Of a DNA stretch of 64,000 nucleotides, positions 10,483-21,342 are shown in pieces. The stretch is taken from positions 224,001-288,000 of the forward strand of contig CAVYNY010000022.1 in the NCBI GenBank assembly GCA_963769935.1, in the 5' to 3' direction. The notes under the pieces were generated by a model that was not told the origin of the DNA, made no database searches, and saw only the letters and a program-made list of their open reading frames with translations. Source of the DNA: an uncultured delta proteobacterium. Lineage in GTDB: Bacteria > Desulfobacterota > Desulfobacteria > Desulfobacterales > JAFDCJ01. How positions within the stretch are numbered: the stretch's first letter is position 1; each line of letters opens with the position of its first letter. The translations under genes were made by a program, and so were the position numbers.

Positions 10483-11172
10483 ATGAAAATCATCGATCTT
10501 TCACACATCATCCACGACGATATCCAGATATATCCCGGAGACCCGGCACCTTCGATCAAGCGAGGGCTGACCCATGAAAAAGACTACTGTCATGTCGATG
10601 TTTTGACCCTGGGGTCTCATACCGGGACTCACATCGATGCACCGTTTCATTTTTTTAAGAAAGGGAAAAAAATCGACGAATTCCCGGTTCAGCGGTTTGT
10701 CGGCGACGGCGTCCTGATCGATGTTTCCGCCAAATCGGACCGGACGTTGATTGAACCTGAAGATGTCGAGGCCTATAGAACTGAGATTGCAGATGGCGAT
10801 TTTGTGATTTTTAGAACCGGCCGGGATAGGTACTTTGGAACTCCCAGGTATTATCTGCATCCCTTCCTGAGCCCTCAAGGAGCGCAGCTGTTGGTTAAAA
10901 TGGGTGTTTCGCTGGTGGGAATCGATGCCCTGAATATCGACCCGACCTATTATGAGATCACAGAGGCCGACACGTCCGCAAAAAACCTGCCGGACGAAGA
11001 GGAATATGGTTATCCGGTTCACGATATCCTGCTCGGCAACGATTTGCTGATCGTGGAAAACCTTTGCAACCTGGAGAAGATCAGACAGATAAAGGGTATC
11101 TATTCGTTCCTGCCGCTTAAATTAAAGGACGCGGATGGATCACCGATCAGAGCCATATTTATGATGAAATAA
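10483..11172 (+). CDS. Cyclase family metal hydrolase (kynurenine formamidase-like)
   Basis: HTGTHIDAPFH (HxGTHxDxPxH), VGID, ENL, DGSPIRA. Confidence 0.9.
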   Translation: MKIIDLSHIIHDDIQIYPGDPAPSIKRGLTHEKDYCHVDVLTLGSHTGTHIDAPFHFFKKGKKIDEFPVQRFVGDGVLIDVSAKSDRTLIEPEDVEAYRTEIADGDFVIFRTGRDRYFGTPRYYLHPFLSPQGAQLLVKMGVSLVGIDALNIDPTYYEITEADTSAKNLPDEEEYGYPVHDILLGNDLLIVENLCNLEKIRQIKGIYSFLPLKLKDADGSPIRAIFMMK

Positions 11173-11242
11173 TTATTGCCGCAATCTGTCAGTACTTAAG
11201 GGCAGACTGCGCGACAGGCTGCAAGTCCTTAACAGATGGGCC

Positions 11243-11773
11243 TCAGTTAAGGGCAGCAATAATGGTTTTGGCATCCGGGTGGTCGGCCGGATTGCTCGCG
11301 AAGTGACTAAAAACGACGTGTCCGGCGGTGTTGATGATAAAGACGCCCGACAGCTGACGGACATTGCCCTGGGGCATCCCGAGGCCGTGGCCGCCGGCGA
11401 TGGCGGCGAGCCCCTTGAGGGCAAGGCTTGGCGAGAGAAATCCCAGGGCTGACATCTGCTTGAGACCGAACTTGCGGTACAATTTTTTTTCCGGGTCGGC
11501 CACAATCGCAAAGGGAATATTGTATTTGGCGGCAAATTCAGCAGATTCCGACGGGGTACCCATTCCCACGAGGACCACCCGGGCCCCGGCTTTTTCAAAG
11601 CTTTTTTTGTTGCGGCGCAACTGCGCCACCTGCTCGCGGCAAAACGGTCAGCCGAAATGCCGCAAAAAGACCAGCACCAGCGTTTGATCCTGCCAAAGAT
11701 CGTGCAGGTGTTTCTCCGACCCGTCCGACATCGCGACCTTTGCGTCGGGAGCTTTGCGCGCCTTCTTTTCCAT
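11243..11773 (-). CDS. Selenoprotein, peroxiredoxin-like thioredoxin fold (AhpC/TSA-2, SelL/PRXL2-related), 176 aa, Sec42
   Basis: GGAGG RBS plus ATG at 11773; in-frame TGA at 11650-11648 in VFLRHFG-U-PFCREQ; frame continues into ORF 11243..11629; SECIS-like hairpin follows. Confidence 0.88.
11612..11647 (-). promoter_or_regulatory. Putative bacterial SECIS element
   Basis: GUGGCGC-AGUU-GCGCCGC hairpin; apical loop starts after 25 nt downstream of UGA, G at loop position 2. Confidence 0.7.
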
Positions 11774-11910
11774 TTTATAACCTCCAAATATTGTAATGTC
11801 CCGTGATTGAATTATATGTGTCGAACGGGATGTCAAATTATAGTTGAGTCCTCGAATATTAAAAATTTTATCAATCCAGGTTTTGTATATCACATATATA
11901 GCACACACCA

Positions 11911-12975
11911 CTATTGCTTCAACATCACAATGTCTTCCGGTTTCACAACAAGGTTTAACTTTTCCCCGGCGCCTGCGGCTCGATTTTGCGGCAGGCGGAT
12001 AATCATGGGTAAATTCGAGCTTAAATGGCGGCCCAGGCAGCGGTGATGGGTTCCGAAAAAAGAAACTTCTTCCACTTGCAATACCCCCAGCGACACATGA
12101 CCGTGGGCTTCGCCGCCGGCAGCAAGGATCTGCTCCGGCCGGATGCACAAATCTACCCTGGCGCCCATTTCGGCCGCGCCGGCAACCGCGAGACGACCGA
12201 ACGGCGTATCGACCTCGATACCTTGACCCGAACGCCCTGAGACCGTGCCCTCGAACATGTTGCTTTCGCCCATAAAAGTGGCGGTAAACCGTGTTTTCGG
12301 CTTCATGTAGACGCGCGCCGGCGGTCCCATATCTTCGAGGTGGCCGTTGTTCATGACCGCAATGACGTCGGCGATGCTCATGGCTTCTTCCTGATCGTGG
12401 GTTACGTGCACAAAGGTGGTGCCCACCTTTTTCTGGATATGCAGCAGCTCCTGCTGCATCTGGCGTCGGAGATTGAGATCCAGGGCCCCGAGAGGCTCAT
12501 CCAATAAAAGCACCTTAGGCGCAACTACAAGGGCGCGCGCCAGGGCGACCCTTTGCTGCTGGCCGCCGGAGAGTTGATGCACACGCCGGGTGCTCATGTC
12601 GGACAGTCCCACCATGTCCAGCGCTTTTTCGACCCGCGCCAATCTTTCGGGTTTGGGGACTTTTCGCATCAGCAGACCGAAACCGACATTGGATCCCACC
12701 GACATGTGAGGAAACAGGGCATAGTCCTGAAACATGGAAGTCGTCGGCCGCTTGGCCGGCGGCAGGTAGGAAACGTCCTGGCCGGCGATGCGAATCTCTC
12801 CGGCGCTGGGTTCGACAAAACCTCCCAGAATGTGCAGCAGGGTTGTCTTGCCGCTGCCCGACGGCCCCACCAGGGCAAAAAACTGGCCCTCGTCTATGCT
12901 GAGATTGATTTGGGAAAGGGCGGTCGTTTTGCCGAATCTTTTCGACACGCCTTTGATTTCTACCATCGGCTTCAT
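11911..12975 (-). CDS. Polyamine ABC ATPase (PotA-like), second system
   Basis: GPSGSGKT, FQDYALFPH, LSGGQQQR, LLDEPLGALD. Confidence 0.92.
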   Translation of the reverse strand: MKPMVEIKGVSKRFGKTTALSQINLSIDEGQFFALVGPSGSGKTTLLHILGGFVEPSAGEIRIAGQDVSYLPPAKRPTTSMFQDYALFPHMSVGSNVGFGLLMRKVPKPERLARVEKALDMVGLSDMSTRRVHQLSGGQQQRVALARALVVAPKVLLLDEPLGALDLNLRRQMQQELLHIQKKVGTTFVHVTHDQEEAMSIADVIAVMNNGHLEDMGPPARVYMKPKTRFTATFMGESNMFEGTVSGRSGQGIEVDTPFGRLAVAGAAEMGARVDLCIRPEQILAAGGEAHGHVSLGVLQVEEVSFFGTHHRCLGRHLSSNLPMIIRLPQNRAAGAGEKLNLVVKPEDIVMLKQ

Positions 12976-13781
12976 TTTGACTTTCTCCGGCCAAATACCA
13001 GAATCTCCGTAGTTATCACCAATACGACGGAGACGAGGAAAACAACGCTGCCGACAGCGTTGGTTTTTGGATTAAGACCGCTGCGCAGAAGACTCCAGAT
13101 TTCCACCGGCAGCGTTACATCAAAACGGCTCACCAGCAGTGCAATAATAAATTCATCCCAGGAAAGGGTGAATGAAAGAAAAAATGAAGCCATCAACGCC
13201 GGCCATAAAAGCGGCAGACTTATCAGCACCAGAACCTGCCATTCGGCGGCCCCCAGATCGCGGGCGGCCCGTTCAAGATTGGCCTGGTGCTCACCCATCT
13301 GGCTGTAGATTATGGCAAATGCCAACGGAAGATTGATAACCACGTGGCCGATGGTTACCGCCAGCAAGGATTTGGGTATATCCATGGTTTTAAACGTAAT
13401 GAGCAGTCCCATACCGATAATCAGATAAGACACGCTGAGCGGCGCCACCAGCAGCCATTGGACAACTCCCGAACCGCGCACCTTATAGCGGGCCAGGCCG
13501 TAGGCAGCCAGAAATCCCAATAAACAGGAAAGCGTCGAAGAAACCACAGCCACCATCAGCGAGTTCCCCAAGGCGTCCATGATCCGAAAGTCGCTGAAAA
13601 CGGCCGCATACCATCGCAAAGAGGGACCTTGAAACGGCGGGATCGGCAGCAGGGAATCCTGAAAGGAAAACAATATCAGAACTGCCACCGGCGTGAATAT
13701 AAACAGGTAAACCAGCGCAACATAAACGACGGCGGGTAGATTTTTGAATATACTTCGCATCATCCCTCTAACACCGGGCAA
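12972..13781 (-). CDS. Polyamine ABC permease (PotC-like)
   Basis: RAARDLGA, FTLSWDEF, TLP; start may be a few codons downstream. Confidence 0.9.
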   Translation of the reverse strand: MPGVRGMMRSIFKNLPAVVYVALVYLFIFTPVAVLILFSFQDSLLPIPPFQGPSLRWYAAVFSDFRIMDALGNSLMVAVVSSTLSCLLGFLAAYGLARYKVRGSGVVQWLLVAPLSVSYLIIGMGLLITFKTMDIPKSLLAVTIGHVVINLPLAFAIIYSQMGEHQANLERAARDLGAAEWQVLVLISLPLLWPALMASFFLSFTLSWDEFIIALLVSRFDVTLPVEIWSLLRSGLNPKTNAVGSVVFLVSVVLVITTEILVFGRRKSK

Positions 13782-13803
13782 ATCGAAATCGAGAAAAAAA
13801 ATT

Positions 13804-13883
13804 AATCACGAAATCACGAAAGGACGAAAACACGAAAAAAAACAAGATAAATTTCGTGGTTTTTAAATTTCGTGATTTCGTGG
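13804..13883. repeat. Paired inverted arms of the 8-mer CACGAAAT
   Basis: aatcacgaaatcacgaaaggacgaaaacacgaaa ... tttcgtggtttttaaatttcgtgatttcgtggt. Confidence 0.8.
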
Positions 13884-13935
13884 TGAAAAAGTTAATTACT
13901 AAAATGCAAAATCTTCACTTTTAAGACTCTAGAAA

Positions 13936-14784
13936 TCACATCCTTTCAATTTTCAGCCAGCGTGAGAACATCAGGAATATAATCGAGATAACCACCATCA
14001 AGACCAGGCTCATGGCAGAAGCCATGGGAAAGTCTGCCAGACGCTGAATCTGCAGCATAATGGCCTGGGGCAGCAGCACCTCCCGGAAGCCGCCCAGAAT
14101 CTGGGGTGTAATGTAATCTCCCAGCGCCAGCACGATGGTAAGAAAGGCCCCCACCATGACACCGGGTATGCTCAGGGGCAGGGTGATCCGCCAGAAGGTC
14201 TGCCAGCGGGATGCACCGAGATCGGCCGCCGCCTTTCTGTAATTCGGCGAGATCTGCACCAAGTTGGCGAAAATGGTCAGGGTCAACAGCATGGTAAAAA
14301 AATGGACAAATCCCAGAACCGTGGCCGTTCGGCTATTGGCAAGCGAGATCGGATTTTCCACGATTCCCAGCCACTGAAGCACGTTGCTGATGATCCCGTT
14401 GCCGGAGAGCACCAGCAGCCAGCTGTAGGAGCGGACCAGGTACGATGTCCAGAATGGCAGAATTGCCATCATCAGTGCGATCCGCTGCCATCTGGCCGGC
14501 ACCCGGAAGGCCAGGATATATGCCAGCGGGTAGGCCAGGATAATACTGATAATGGTCGTAATCAGGGTGACTTCCAGCGAATTGACAAGGGCATTGATAT
14601 GATAGGGTTTAGAGAAAAAAGCATAATAGTTGTTAAAGGACAGATCCGTGACGATCCGTCCCCCGGTCCGCTGAAAAAGGCTGTAGGCTGCCATAATCAG
14701 CAATGGAGCCACAAAGAAGGCGATAGTCCATAAAAGGCCGGGGCCGATAAAGCCCCAGCCTTTGATGTTTCTTTTTTTCCGCAT
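13936..14784 (-). CDS. Polyamine ABC permease (PotB-like)
   Basis: LPFWTSYLVRSYSW, AAADLGA, ITPQILGG. Confidence 0.9.
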   Translation of the reverse strand: MRKKRNIKGWGFIGPGLLWTIAFFVAPLLIMAAYSLFQRTGGRIVTDLSFNNYYAFFSKPYHINALVNSLEVTLITTIISIILAYPLAYILAFRVPARWQRIALMMAILPFWTSYLVRSYSWLLVLSGNGIISNVLQWLGIVENPISLANSRTATVLGFVHFFTMLLTLTIFANLVQISPNYRKAAADLGASRWQTFWRITLPLSIPGVMVGAFLTIVLALGDYITPQILGGFREVLLPQAIMLQIQRLADFPMASAMSLVLMVVISIIFLMFSRWLKIERM

Positions 14785-14801
14785 TATAATGTTAGGTCAA
14801 T

Positions 14802-15881
14802 CTACTTATGCTGCAGCATTTGTGTCCAGACATCCAGCATGGCCTTATCAAAAGCCTCATCGGGCTGGAGGTAAAAGTACGAATTGGCCAGGAATTTGGG
14901 CTGTTCGTCCCAGCGCAAAATTTTTTTCTGCTCCGGTGTCAGAATCGCCTTGGAATTGGCGGGCATCGCCCAATAGCAGGAGGAGGTGGCCAGACGCCCC
15001 TGGCCTTCCGGACTCAGGATATATTGGACAAATTTGAGGGCCAGATCCTTTTTCTTGGAGGCTGCAAAAATCCCGATGGCCTGCTGCCAGCGTACTCCGC
15101 CCTGATTCGGCAATACCCAGTCGAGGGCGGGATTTTCTTTGTGAAGGACGGATACTGAAAATTCGCCGCCGCCGGCAATGATATCGACCTCTCCGGTGGC
15201 CAGGGCTGTCTGTACCTGGACCACATCCCCCACCACGGCGGAATATTCCTTCATTTTGAATAATTTTTCCTTGATCGCCGGCAGATCTGATTTATTCAGC
15301 GCGGGCGGTTTGATGCCCAGTCCGATGGCGACCATCTCGATGACCGGAATGTAATAATCATATATCGCTAATCGCCCCTTATATTTCGGATTCCAAAGAA
15401 CGGCGGCATCGCGCATATCGGCCGGATCCACCTTTTTGTTGTTGTAGGCAATCGTGTTATAGCCGAATTTTTCCGGCATCGCATAAAATTTGCCGCCGAC
15501 ACTGTTAAGCTCGGGGGTGCGAATTTCCGGGAAGATGTCATTCCAGGGAAAATCACTTTCCTTTAGGGGTTCCAACAGGCCGAGTTTGACTATCCGTTTG
15601 ACATCGATGCTGTCGACTACGAAAACATCCCAATCTCCCGGTTGGGATTGTTCGAGCAGTGCCAGCGCGACACCGGTGCCGTCATACTCTTTCATGTTGA
15701 TCCGAACATTATGTTTTTGTTCGAACGGTTTCAGCAGCTCGGGATCGGTATGATCGCACCAGGTGAGAACATTAAGCTCCTCGGCCGCCTGGGCGGGCGC
15801 GGTTAAGGCAACTGCGGCGAAGAAAAAGGTTACAAATAAAACTAAAGCCATGTTCACGATATTGGTTCTATTCATTGTCAT
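14802..15881 (-). CDS. Spermidine/putrescine-type substrate-binding protein (PotD-like)
   Basis: Signal peptide AQA, LNVLTWCDH, LWNPKYKG; AGGAGG RBS. Confidence 0.88.
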   Translation of the reverse strand: MTMNRTNIVNMALVLFVTFFFAAVALTAPAQAAEELNVLTWCDHTDPELLKPFEQKHNVRINMKEYDGTGVALALLEQSQPGDWDVFVVDSIDVKRIVKLGLLEPLKESDFPWNDIFPEIRTPELNSVGGKFYAMPEKFGYNTIAYNNKKVDPADMRDAAVLWNPKYKGRLAIYDYYIPVIEMVAIGLGIKPPALNKSDLPAIKEKLFKMKEYSAVVGDVVQVQTALATGEVDIIAGGGEFSVSVLHKENPALDWVLPNQGGVRWQQAIGIFAASKKKDLALKFVQYILSPEGQGRLATSSCYWAMPANSKAILTPEQKKILRWDEQPKFLANSYFYLQPDEAFDKAMLDVWTQMLQHK

Positions 15882-15967
15882 ATTTTACCCTCCTTTGTAA
15901 TTTGTTTTGAGCGGCATAGTGTCAAAATCGCCCGCAGGTGTCAATTGAGAAATTGGTTTATGGAAAA

Positions 15968-16047
15968 AGCTGGGAGGCTTGAAGGCTGGGAAGCTGGGAG
16001 GCCACTCGCATTGAAGATTGAAGATTGAAAATTGAATATTTGTGGTA
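15968..16047. repeat. Unpaired repeat arms (AAGCTGGGA about x4, TTGAAGA x4)
   Basis: aagctgggaggcttgaaggctgggaagctgggagg; ttgaagattgaagattgaaaattgaatatttgtgg, closely matching the reverse complement of 51793-51819. Confidence 0.8.
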
Positions 16048-16049
16048 TA

Positions 16050-16214
16050 TTAAAAGACATCAAAGCCGATGAGAGCATCCTTGACGCTAACGGTTTGCCG
16101 GATATCACGAAAGTAAAGCCGTTTATCTATGACAGTGCCGGTCCGGGCTATTATGCGCTGGGCGACTTCCTGGGCAAGTGCTATTCAGTCGGGCGAAAAA
16201 AAGGACAGATATGA
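16050..16214 (+). pseudogene. C-terminal fragment of a flavin reductase/flavoredoxin family gene
   Basis: [39 protein letters not shown] resembles the family C-terminus; 5' part replaced by the repeat arm. Confidence 0.6.
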
Positions 16215-17152
16215 AGAGCGGCGAAAGATCCATAACAAAAATACTGGATGACGGCGGCCCATTTGTTATCTGGGAAAAAGAAAAGAGGGGGACCTTCAGG
16301 CGAGGAATTATGCTGGATACCAGGGTTTGTGATAATCCCGAATGCCGGTACCTCCATTTCCAGGCGGTTGCCATTGATGAACGGTATAATAATATGAAAT
16401 TTAAAGGGAGAAAATTTGTTTATACGGTTGAGTCGGATATCAGTCATAAAACAGAACCGCTCCCGAATCAGACTTTAACGGCTTCGATCCATATGGATTC
16501 TGCCAAGATTTCGGTCCATGACGACACTTCTTTAGAAAAGAAGGATCAAGATTTTTTGAGATGGCTGACCAGAGAAGTAAGAGGCGATTATTTTGAAGTG
16601 ATGAAAAGGCGCTGGCGAATGGCCAAAAAGGTGGATCGTGACCGCTGGCGAAATTTAGATTGGAGCTGGTGGAAACCCGGTTTGGTTGTCGGGTGGGATG
16701 AAATATATCCTGATGATCCTGATTTTATATTTGATATCTCCGGGACGAAGTATTGGGCCAGGGATTTGTACTGCATAAATCCCGGATGTACATGTAAAGA
16801 TATCAAGATATCATTTGCCGAATTTTATGACAGGAATAACCCCAAAGAGCTAGGTGCGGTGGGAATTGATCTCAATAAATTTCGTATTGACGGGATAGAT
16901 GCTATCGGGACATCGGCTGAAAATTTGACCCAAATTTGGCAGAAATTTCAAAAAGAAGCCGGCGTAAAAGGAACCATAAAAGCACGTCAAAAGGAGATGA
17001 AGATCATCGGGAAAGAAATTGCAGAATTAAGCCTCAAAAACAAATCAAAAGGCCTAAAATCTTTTTCAAAAGCGGGGCCCAAGGTGGGCCGCAATGATCC
17101 CTGTCCGTGCGGTTCCGGTAAAAAGTATAAGAAGTGCTGTCTTAACAAATGA
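16211..17152 (+). CDS. SEC-C metal-binding motif protein
   Basis: C-terminal [20 protein letters not shown]; internal CDNPEC and [12 protein letters not shown] at 16211 overlaps the upstream TGA, AAGGA RBS. Confidence 0.85.
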   Translation: MKSGERSITKILDDGGPFVIWEKEKRGTFRRGIMLDTRVCDNPECRYLHFQAVAIDERYNNMKFKGRKFVYTVESDISHKTEPLPNQTLTASIHMDSAKISVHDDTSLEKKDQDFLRWLTREVRGDYFEVMKRRWRMAKKVDRDRWRNLDWSWWKPGLVVGWDEIYPDDPDFIFDISGTKYWARDLYCINPGCTCKDIKISFAEFYDRNNPKELGAVGIDLNKFRIDGIDAIGTSAENLTQIWQKFQKEAGVKGTIKARQKEMKIIGKEIAELSLKNKSKGLKSFSKAGPKVGRNDPCPCGSGKKYKKCCLNK

Positions 17153-17477
17153 TCCTCTGTTAATCCGGCTCAGTCGACACTGTGATTTTTAAAGCAGTGA
17201 AAATTTTAGATTGCCTGCCGGTATATTCAATTATTAATAAAATCAGAAACTTGAGATATAGGTTTCATATAAGGAGCGAAGACGGCAAGTGATGTAAATG
17301 GCAGGTAAAAATGCAGGAGGTATAAGCGGCAATTGTTTCATTAATTCAAATTCTGTTTTGGCATTTGAATAATTCTTTTCCCGCGCGCGGATCACTTCCC
17401 GAGCTCGCGAAGATTTCCTAATTCTCATCGACGAAAGTTGCCCCTTAGCGATTCGATATGTTTTTCAGCCCGGCGGG

Positions 17478-18635
17478 TTATCTCGACAATTGGCCCTTAT
17501 CCGGTATTGCAGAGGTGTCCAGGACGACGACGGTAATACCGGTACCCGCAGTGATGAGCCGCTCTACTATGTTATTCTTACTCTTCATCCGCCGCCAGAA
17601 TGGCATCTTCTTTCCCGGTGTTCCGATCACGATATGACCCACGCGGTATTCTTTGGCAAATTGCAGGAGGGTCTTCACGATATCATCGCCCCGGTATGTA
17701 AAAACGGTCGCTCCCAGCTGTTGGGCGAGAGCCAGGGTATTAGAGAGCTTCCGCTGGGTCGCTGCATCGATAACGGTGGGGCGTTCCCGAGATGTCTGCA
17801 CATACACGGCATACCAGTTTCGATTCAGCCGCCCCGCCAGACGAGAGGCATAGCGCAGCAGCGCCTCGCTGTTAGGCCCTCTGGAACTCAAACATACCAT
17901 GACCTGATCCGGGATGGAGGGAATATCCTCGCCTTGTGGATCGCGCCTTCGCACATCGATCTGCGCGGCCAACTCGCGCAGGGTCAGCTCTCGAAGCTGC
18001 TCGAGGTTCGCCGGCTTGAAGAAATGGCTTAGGGCGGTTTCAATTCGCTCTTTGGTATAGACCTTGCCTTCCTTCAAGCGGCGGCGCAGGTCCTCGATCG
18101 TAATGTCCACATTGACAAGCTGATCGGCTCCAGCGACAACGCGGTCGGGAATTCTTTCACGCACCTTGACTCCCGTGGCGCGTTCCACGGTTTCATACAA
18201 GCTTTCCAGGTGTTGAATGTTCAGAGTCGAGATGACATGGATACCCGCCGCAAGCAGCTCTTCAACATCCTCGTAGCGCTTGGCATTCCTGCTTCCCGGC
18301 ATATTGGTATGGGCGAGTTCATCGACAAGCACCATGCTGGGTCGACGTGAAAGAATTGCATCGAGATCAATTTCCTCGATCTCAATGCCGCGATAGGTTA
18401 CCTTTCGGCGGGGAATCACTTCGAACCCCGCCAGCAAGGCCTCGGTTTCCGCCCTCCCGTGTGTTTCAACAAGACCGGCGACCACATCAATTCCATCCTC
18501 CTTGATACGGTGCCCTTCAAGAAGCATTTGATAGGTCTTGCCCACTCCGGCTGCATAGCCCAGGTGGATTTTCAATCTGCCTCGCTGGGACCGGCGTATC
18601 AGACGCAGGAAACTCTCGGCGCGGTGACCATTCAT
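17478..18635 (-). CDS. kdpD: Stand-alone KdpD N-terminal sensor plus USP domain (no TM or kinase part)
   Basis: RGRLKIHLGYAAGVGKTY, LVDELAHTN, TLNIQHLES, LRELTLR, then a USP domain; ends at 385 aa. Confidence 0.9.
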   Translation of the reverse strand: MNGHRAESFLRLIRRSQRGRLKIHLGYAAGVGKTYQMLLEGHRIKEDGIDVVAGLVETHGRAETEALLAGFEVIPRRKVTYRGIEIEEIDLDAILSRRPSMVLVDELAHTNMPGSRNAKRYEDVEELLAAGIHVISTLNIQHLESLYETVERATGVKVRERIPDRVVAGADQLVNVDITIEDLRRRLKEGKVYTKERIETALSHFFKPANLEQLRELTLRELAAQIDVRRRDPQGEDIPSIPDQVMVCLSSRGPNSEALLRYASRLAGRLNRNWYAVYVQTSRERPTVIDAATQRKLSNTLALAQQLGATVFTYRGDDIVKTLLQFAKEYRVGHIVIGTPGKKMPFWRRMKSKNNIVERLITAGTGITVVVLDTSAIPDKGQLSR

Positions 18636-18636
18636 A

Positions 18637-19224
18637 TCATTTGCCCATCCTGTCCAATTCCATGTTTACAAGCAACACATTCACGACCGGTTCAGGGGTG
18701 AGTGCGCCCCCCGGGCGCTTCGCGAACTTCTCCAGAAGCTCTATGATGGTGGTGAAGGATAGTCTTCGGGCGGCAGCGACCCGTGCAGCCTGGTATTTTG
18801 CGGCGGCCAGTGTGATTTGCGGATCAAGACCGCTCCCCGAGGCGGTTACCAGGTCTGCGGGTATGGGATCGCCGGCGGCCATTCCGAACCGGCTCATTTG
18901 AGCCTTCGCTCGGGCGCGTAGCGCCGGATTCGTGGGAGACAGGTTGCTGCCGCCCGCTGCCCCTGCATTGTAATCAACCGCTGAGGGCCTGGGCCAAAAA
19001 TACTCGGGCCGGGAAAATCCCTGGGCGAGGAGCTCGCTGCCGACGATCTCATTTTGATCATTGCGGACCAGTGACCCGTTCGCTGTATACGGCGTCAATG
19101 TCTGGCCGAGGCCGAGTATCACCAGGGGATAGAGAAGGCAGCAGGCAGTCATGGTGACGAGCGCTATCCTGACCACTGCCCCTGCCTGGGGCAGCCAACC
19201 GTCTTTTTCAATCGCGTTGTCCAT
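18637..19224 (-). CDS. kdpC: K+-transporting ATPase subunit C
   Basis: ANGSL, YFWPRPSA, GGSNL, DLVTASGSGLDP; AGGAGG RBS before the ATG at 19224. Confidence 0.93.
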   Translation of the reverse strand: MDNAIEKDGWLPQAGAVVRIALVTMTACCLLYPLVILGLGQTLTPYTANGSLVRNDQNEIVGSELLAQGFSRPEYFWPRPSAVDYNAGAAGGSNLSPTNPALRARAKAQMSRFGMAAGDPIPADLVTASGSGLDPQITLAAAKYQAARVAAARRLSFTTIIELLEKFAKRPGGALTPEPVVNVLLVNMELDRMGK

Positions 19225-19232
19225 GAATCCTC

Positions 19233-21311
19233 CTAAAACAGACATGTTAGACTCAGGGCCATGTCAACCAGCTTGATGCCGGCGAAAGGTGCGATGACTC
19301 CCCCCAGTCCATAAATCAGCAGATTGCGCCGCAGGATACTGTCCGCCCCCATGGGCCGATATTTGACCCCCTTGATGGCGATCGGGATCAGCAGCGGGAT
19401 GATGACGGCATTGAAGATCAAGGCCGAAAGAATCGCACTCCCGGGCGTGGATAAGCCCATGAGATTGAGGGCCGCAAGCTGCGGGATGGCCAGCATGAAC
19501 ATGGCCGGAATAATGGCAAAGTACTTTGCCACGTCATTGGCGATGGAAAACGTTGTTAACGCGCCCCGAGTCATGAGCAGCTGCTTGCCAATCTCGATGA
19601 TTTCGATCAGTTTGGTAGGGTCGCTATCCAAATCCACCATATTCCCGGCTTCTTTGGCCGCCTGAGTGCCCGAGTTCATGGCGACGCCAATATCCGCCTG
19701 CGCCAACGCGGGGGCATCGTTTGTACCGTCGCCCATCATGGCAATCAGTCTTCCCGCACGCTGCTCCCTGCGGATATACTCAAGCTTGTCTTCCGGCTTG
19801 GCTTCCGCGATGGTGTCATCGACACCGGCCTGCGCGGCAATAGCGGCGGCGGTGAGCGGATTGTCACCCGTCACCATGACGACACGCAACCCCATGGCCC
19901 GTAGACGTATCAAGCGATCTCGAATGCCGGGCTTGAGTACATCCGAGAGCGCGACAACCCCGAGCACGATCCTGCCCTCGGCGACGACAATCGGCGTGCT
20001 GCCCTGACGGGCGACATTGTCCACAAGTTCCTTCGTCGCCGCGGGAATCGGGGCGCCCTGTTCCCGGATGTAGGCGCAAACCGCGTCAGACGCTCCCTTG
20101 CGGTAAGAGCTGCCATCCGGGAGGTCGAGGCCGCTCAATCGAGTTTGCGCAGTAAATGGAATGACCTTGGCTTGCGGTGTTTCCCGGGGCGCGTTGGTTC
20201 CAAGGAACTCTGCGCCAAGACGGACAATGGATTTCCCCTCGGGCGTCTGATCTCCAAAAGACGCGCACATGGCAGCCGCGGCTAATTGCTCCTCAGTCAC
20301 GCCCGGCAGCGGGTGGTACCCGGTTGCCTGGCGATCACCCATGGTGATGGTGCCGGTCTTGTCCAAAAGCAGTGTGTCGATGTCGCCAGCCAGTTCCACT
20401 GCCTTGCCGCTCTTGGCCAGCACGTTGGCCGAAAGGGCGCGGTCCATGCCGGCAAGACCGATGGCCGCAAGAAGCGCGCCGATGGTGGTGGGGATGAGGC
20501 AGACCAGCAAGGCGATCAACGTCGGGATCGGCAGTTCCACGCTGAAGTAGCGGCCGATCGGCCACAGGGCTCCGGTCACCATGAGGAAGGCGAGCGTCAA
20601 CCCGGCCAATGTCACGGTCAGGGCCAGCTCGTTGGGTGTTTTCTGTCTGACGGCCCCTTCGACCAGGGCAATCATGCGGTCGAGAAACGACTCACCTGCG
20701 CCTGCGGTGATGCGAATCGTGATCTGGTCGGAGAGGACGCGCGTGCCGCCCGTGACACCCGACCGGTCGCCGCCGGCCTCTCGAACAACAGGAGCGGACT
20801 CACCGGTGATTGCCGATTCGTCCACCGTCGCGGCGCCCTCGATCACCTCGCCGTCGCCGGGGATGGTTTCACCGGCGGCCACCAGCACGACATCGCCCTC
20901 ACGGAGATCGTCAGAGCCGATCTGTTCCTCGGCACCGTTGATCATTCGGCGGGCAAGGGTCTTGCGCCGGGTCCGCCTCAGCGTGTCCGCCTGCGCCTTG
21001 CCTCGGGCCTCAGCCAAGGCCTCTGCGAAATTGGCAAAAAGTACGGTCAGCCAGAGGATCACCGTCACGGCCAGCGTGTAGGTCAATGCCGCCTGATCAT
21101 GAAACAGATCTCCAACCAGCACGAGAGTTGTCAAGGCCGCCCCGATCTCGGTGACAAACATGACCGGGTTTCGCGCCATGGTCCAGGGTTTTAACATGAC
21201 CATGGCCTGCTTGCCGGCGATTCGCACCAGCTTTTTTTCGAAGATTGAAGCCTTGCGAGCCTTGCGCCGCTCGAGTTTTGCCTGTACATTTTCGTTGATT
21301 TTGTTGTTCAT
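19233..21311 (-). CDS. kdpB: K+-transporting ATPase subunit B (P-type)
   Basis: [24 protein letters not shown]; start moved to ATG 21311 (GAGG RBS). Confidence 0.95.
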   Translation of the reverse strand: MNNKINENVQAKLERRKARKASIFEKKLVRIAGKQAMVMLKPWTMARNPVMFVTEIGAALTTLVLVGDLFHDQAALTYTLAVTVILWLTVLFANFAEALAEARGKAQADTLRRTRRKTLARRMINGAEEQIGSDDLREGDVVLVAAGETIPGDGEVIEGAATVDESAITGESAPVVREAGGDRSGVTGGTRVLSDQITIRITAGAGESFLDRMIALVEGAVRQKTPNELALTVTLAGLTLAFLMVTGALWPIGRYFSVELPIPTLIALLVCLIPTTIGALLAAIGLAGMDRALSANVLAKSGKAVELAGDIDTLLLDKTGTITMGDRQATGYHPLPGVTEEQLAAAAMCASFGDQTPEGKSIVRLGAEFLGTNAPRETPQAKVIPFTAQTRLSGLDLPDGSSYRKGASDAVCAYIREQGAPIPAATKELVDNVARQGSTPIVVAEGRIVLGVVALSDVLKPGIRDRLIRLRAMGLRVVMVTGDNPLTAAAIAAQAGVDDTIAEAKPEDKLEYIRREQRAGRLIAMMGDGTNDAPALAQADIGVAMNSGTQAAKEAGNMVDLDSDPTKLIEIIEIGKQLLMTRGALTTFSIANDVAKYFAIIPAMFMLAIPQLAALNLMGLSTPGSAILSALIFNAVIIPLLIPIAIKGVKYRPMGADSILRRNLLIYGLGGVIAPFAGIKLVDMALSLTCLF

Positions 21312-21342
21312 GAGTTGTTCCTCTTGTTTTGCATGCAGGCGA

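Noticed and set aside
11173..11787. 204-aa alternative-frame ORF, or a frameshift, as the real gene at the selenoprotein locus
   Set aside because: Translation has no recognisable motif; the two protein-like halves are already in one frame separated only by TGA at a Cys-equivalent position.
17243..17428. 61-aa ORF at the kdp island edge
   Set aside because: No recognisable motif or convincing RBS.
20286..21194. 302-aa antisense ORF in kdpB and similar long shadows (12553-13308, 48490-49239, 54902-55519)
   Set aside because: They overlap well-supported genes; expected from GC-rich codon usage.
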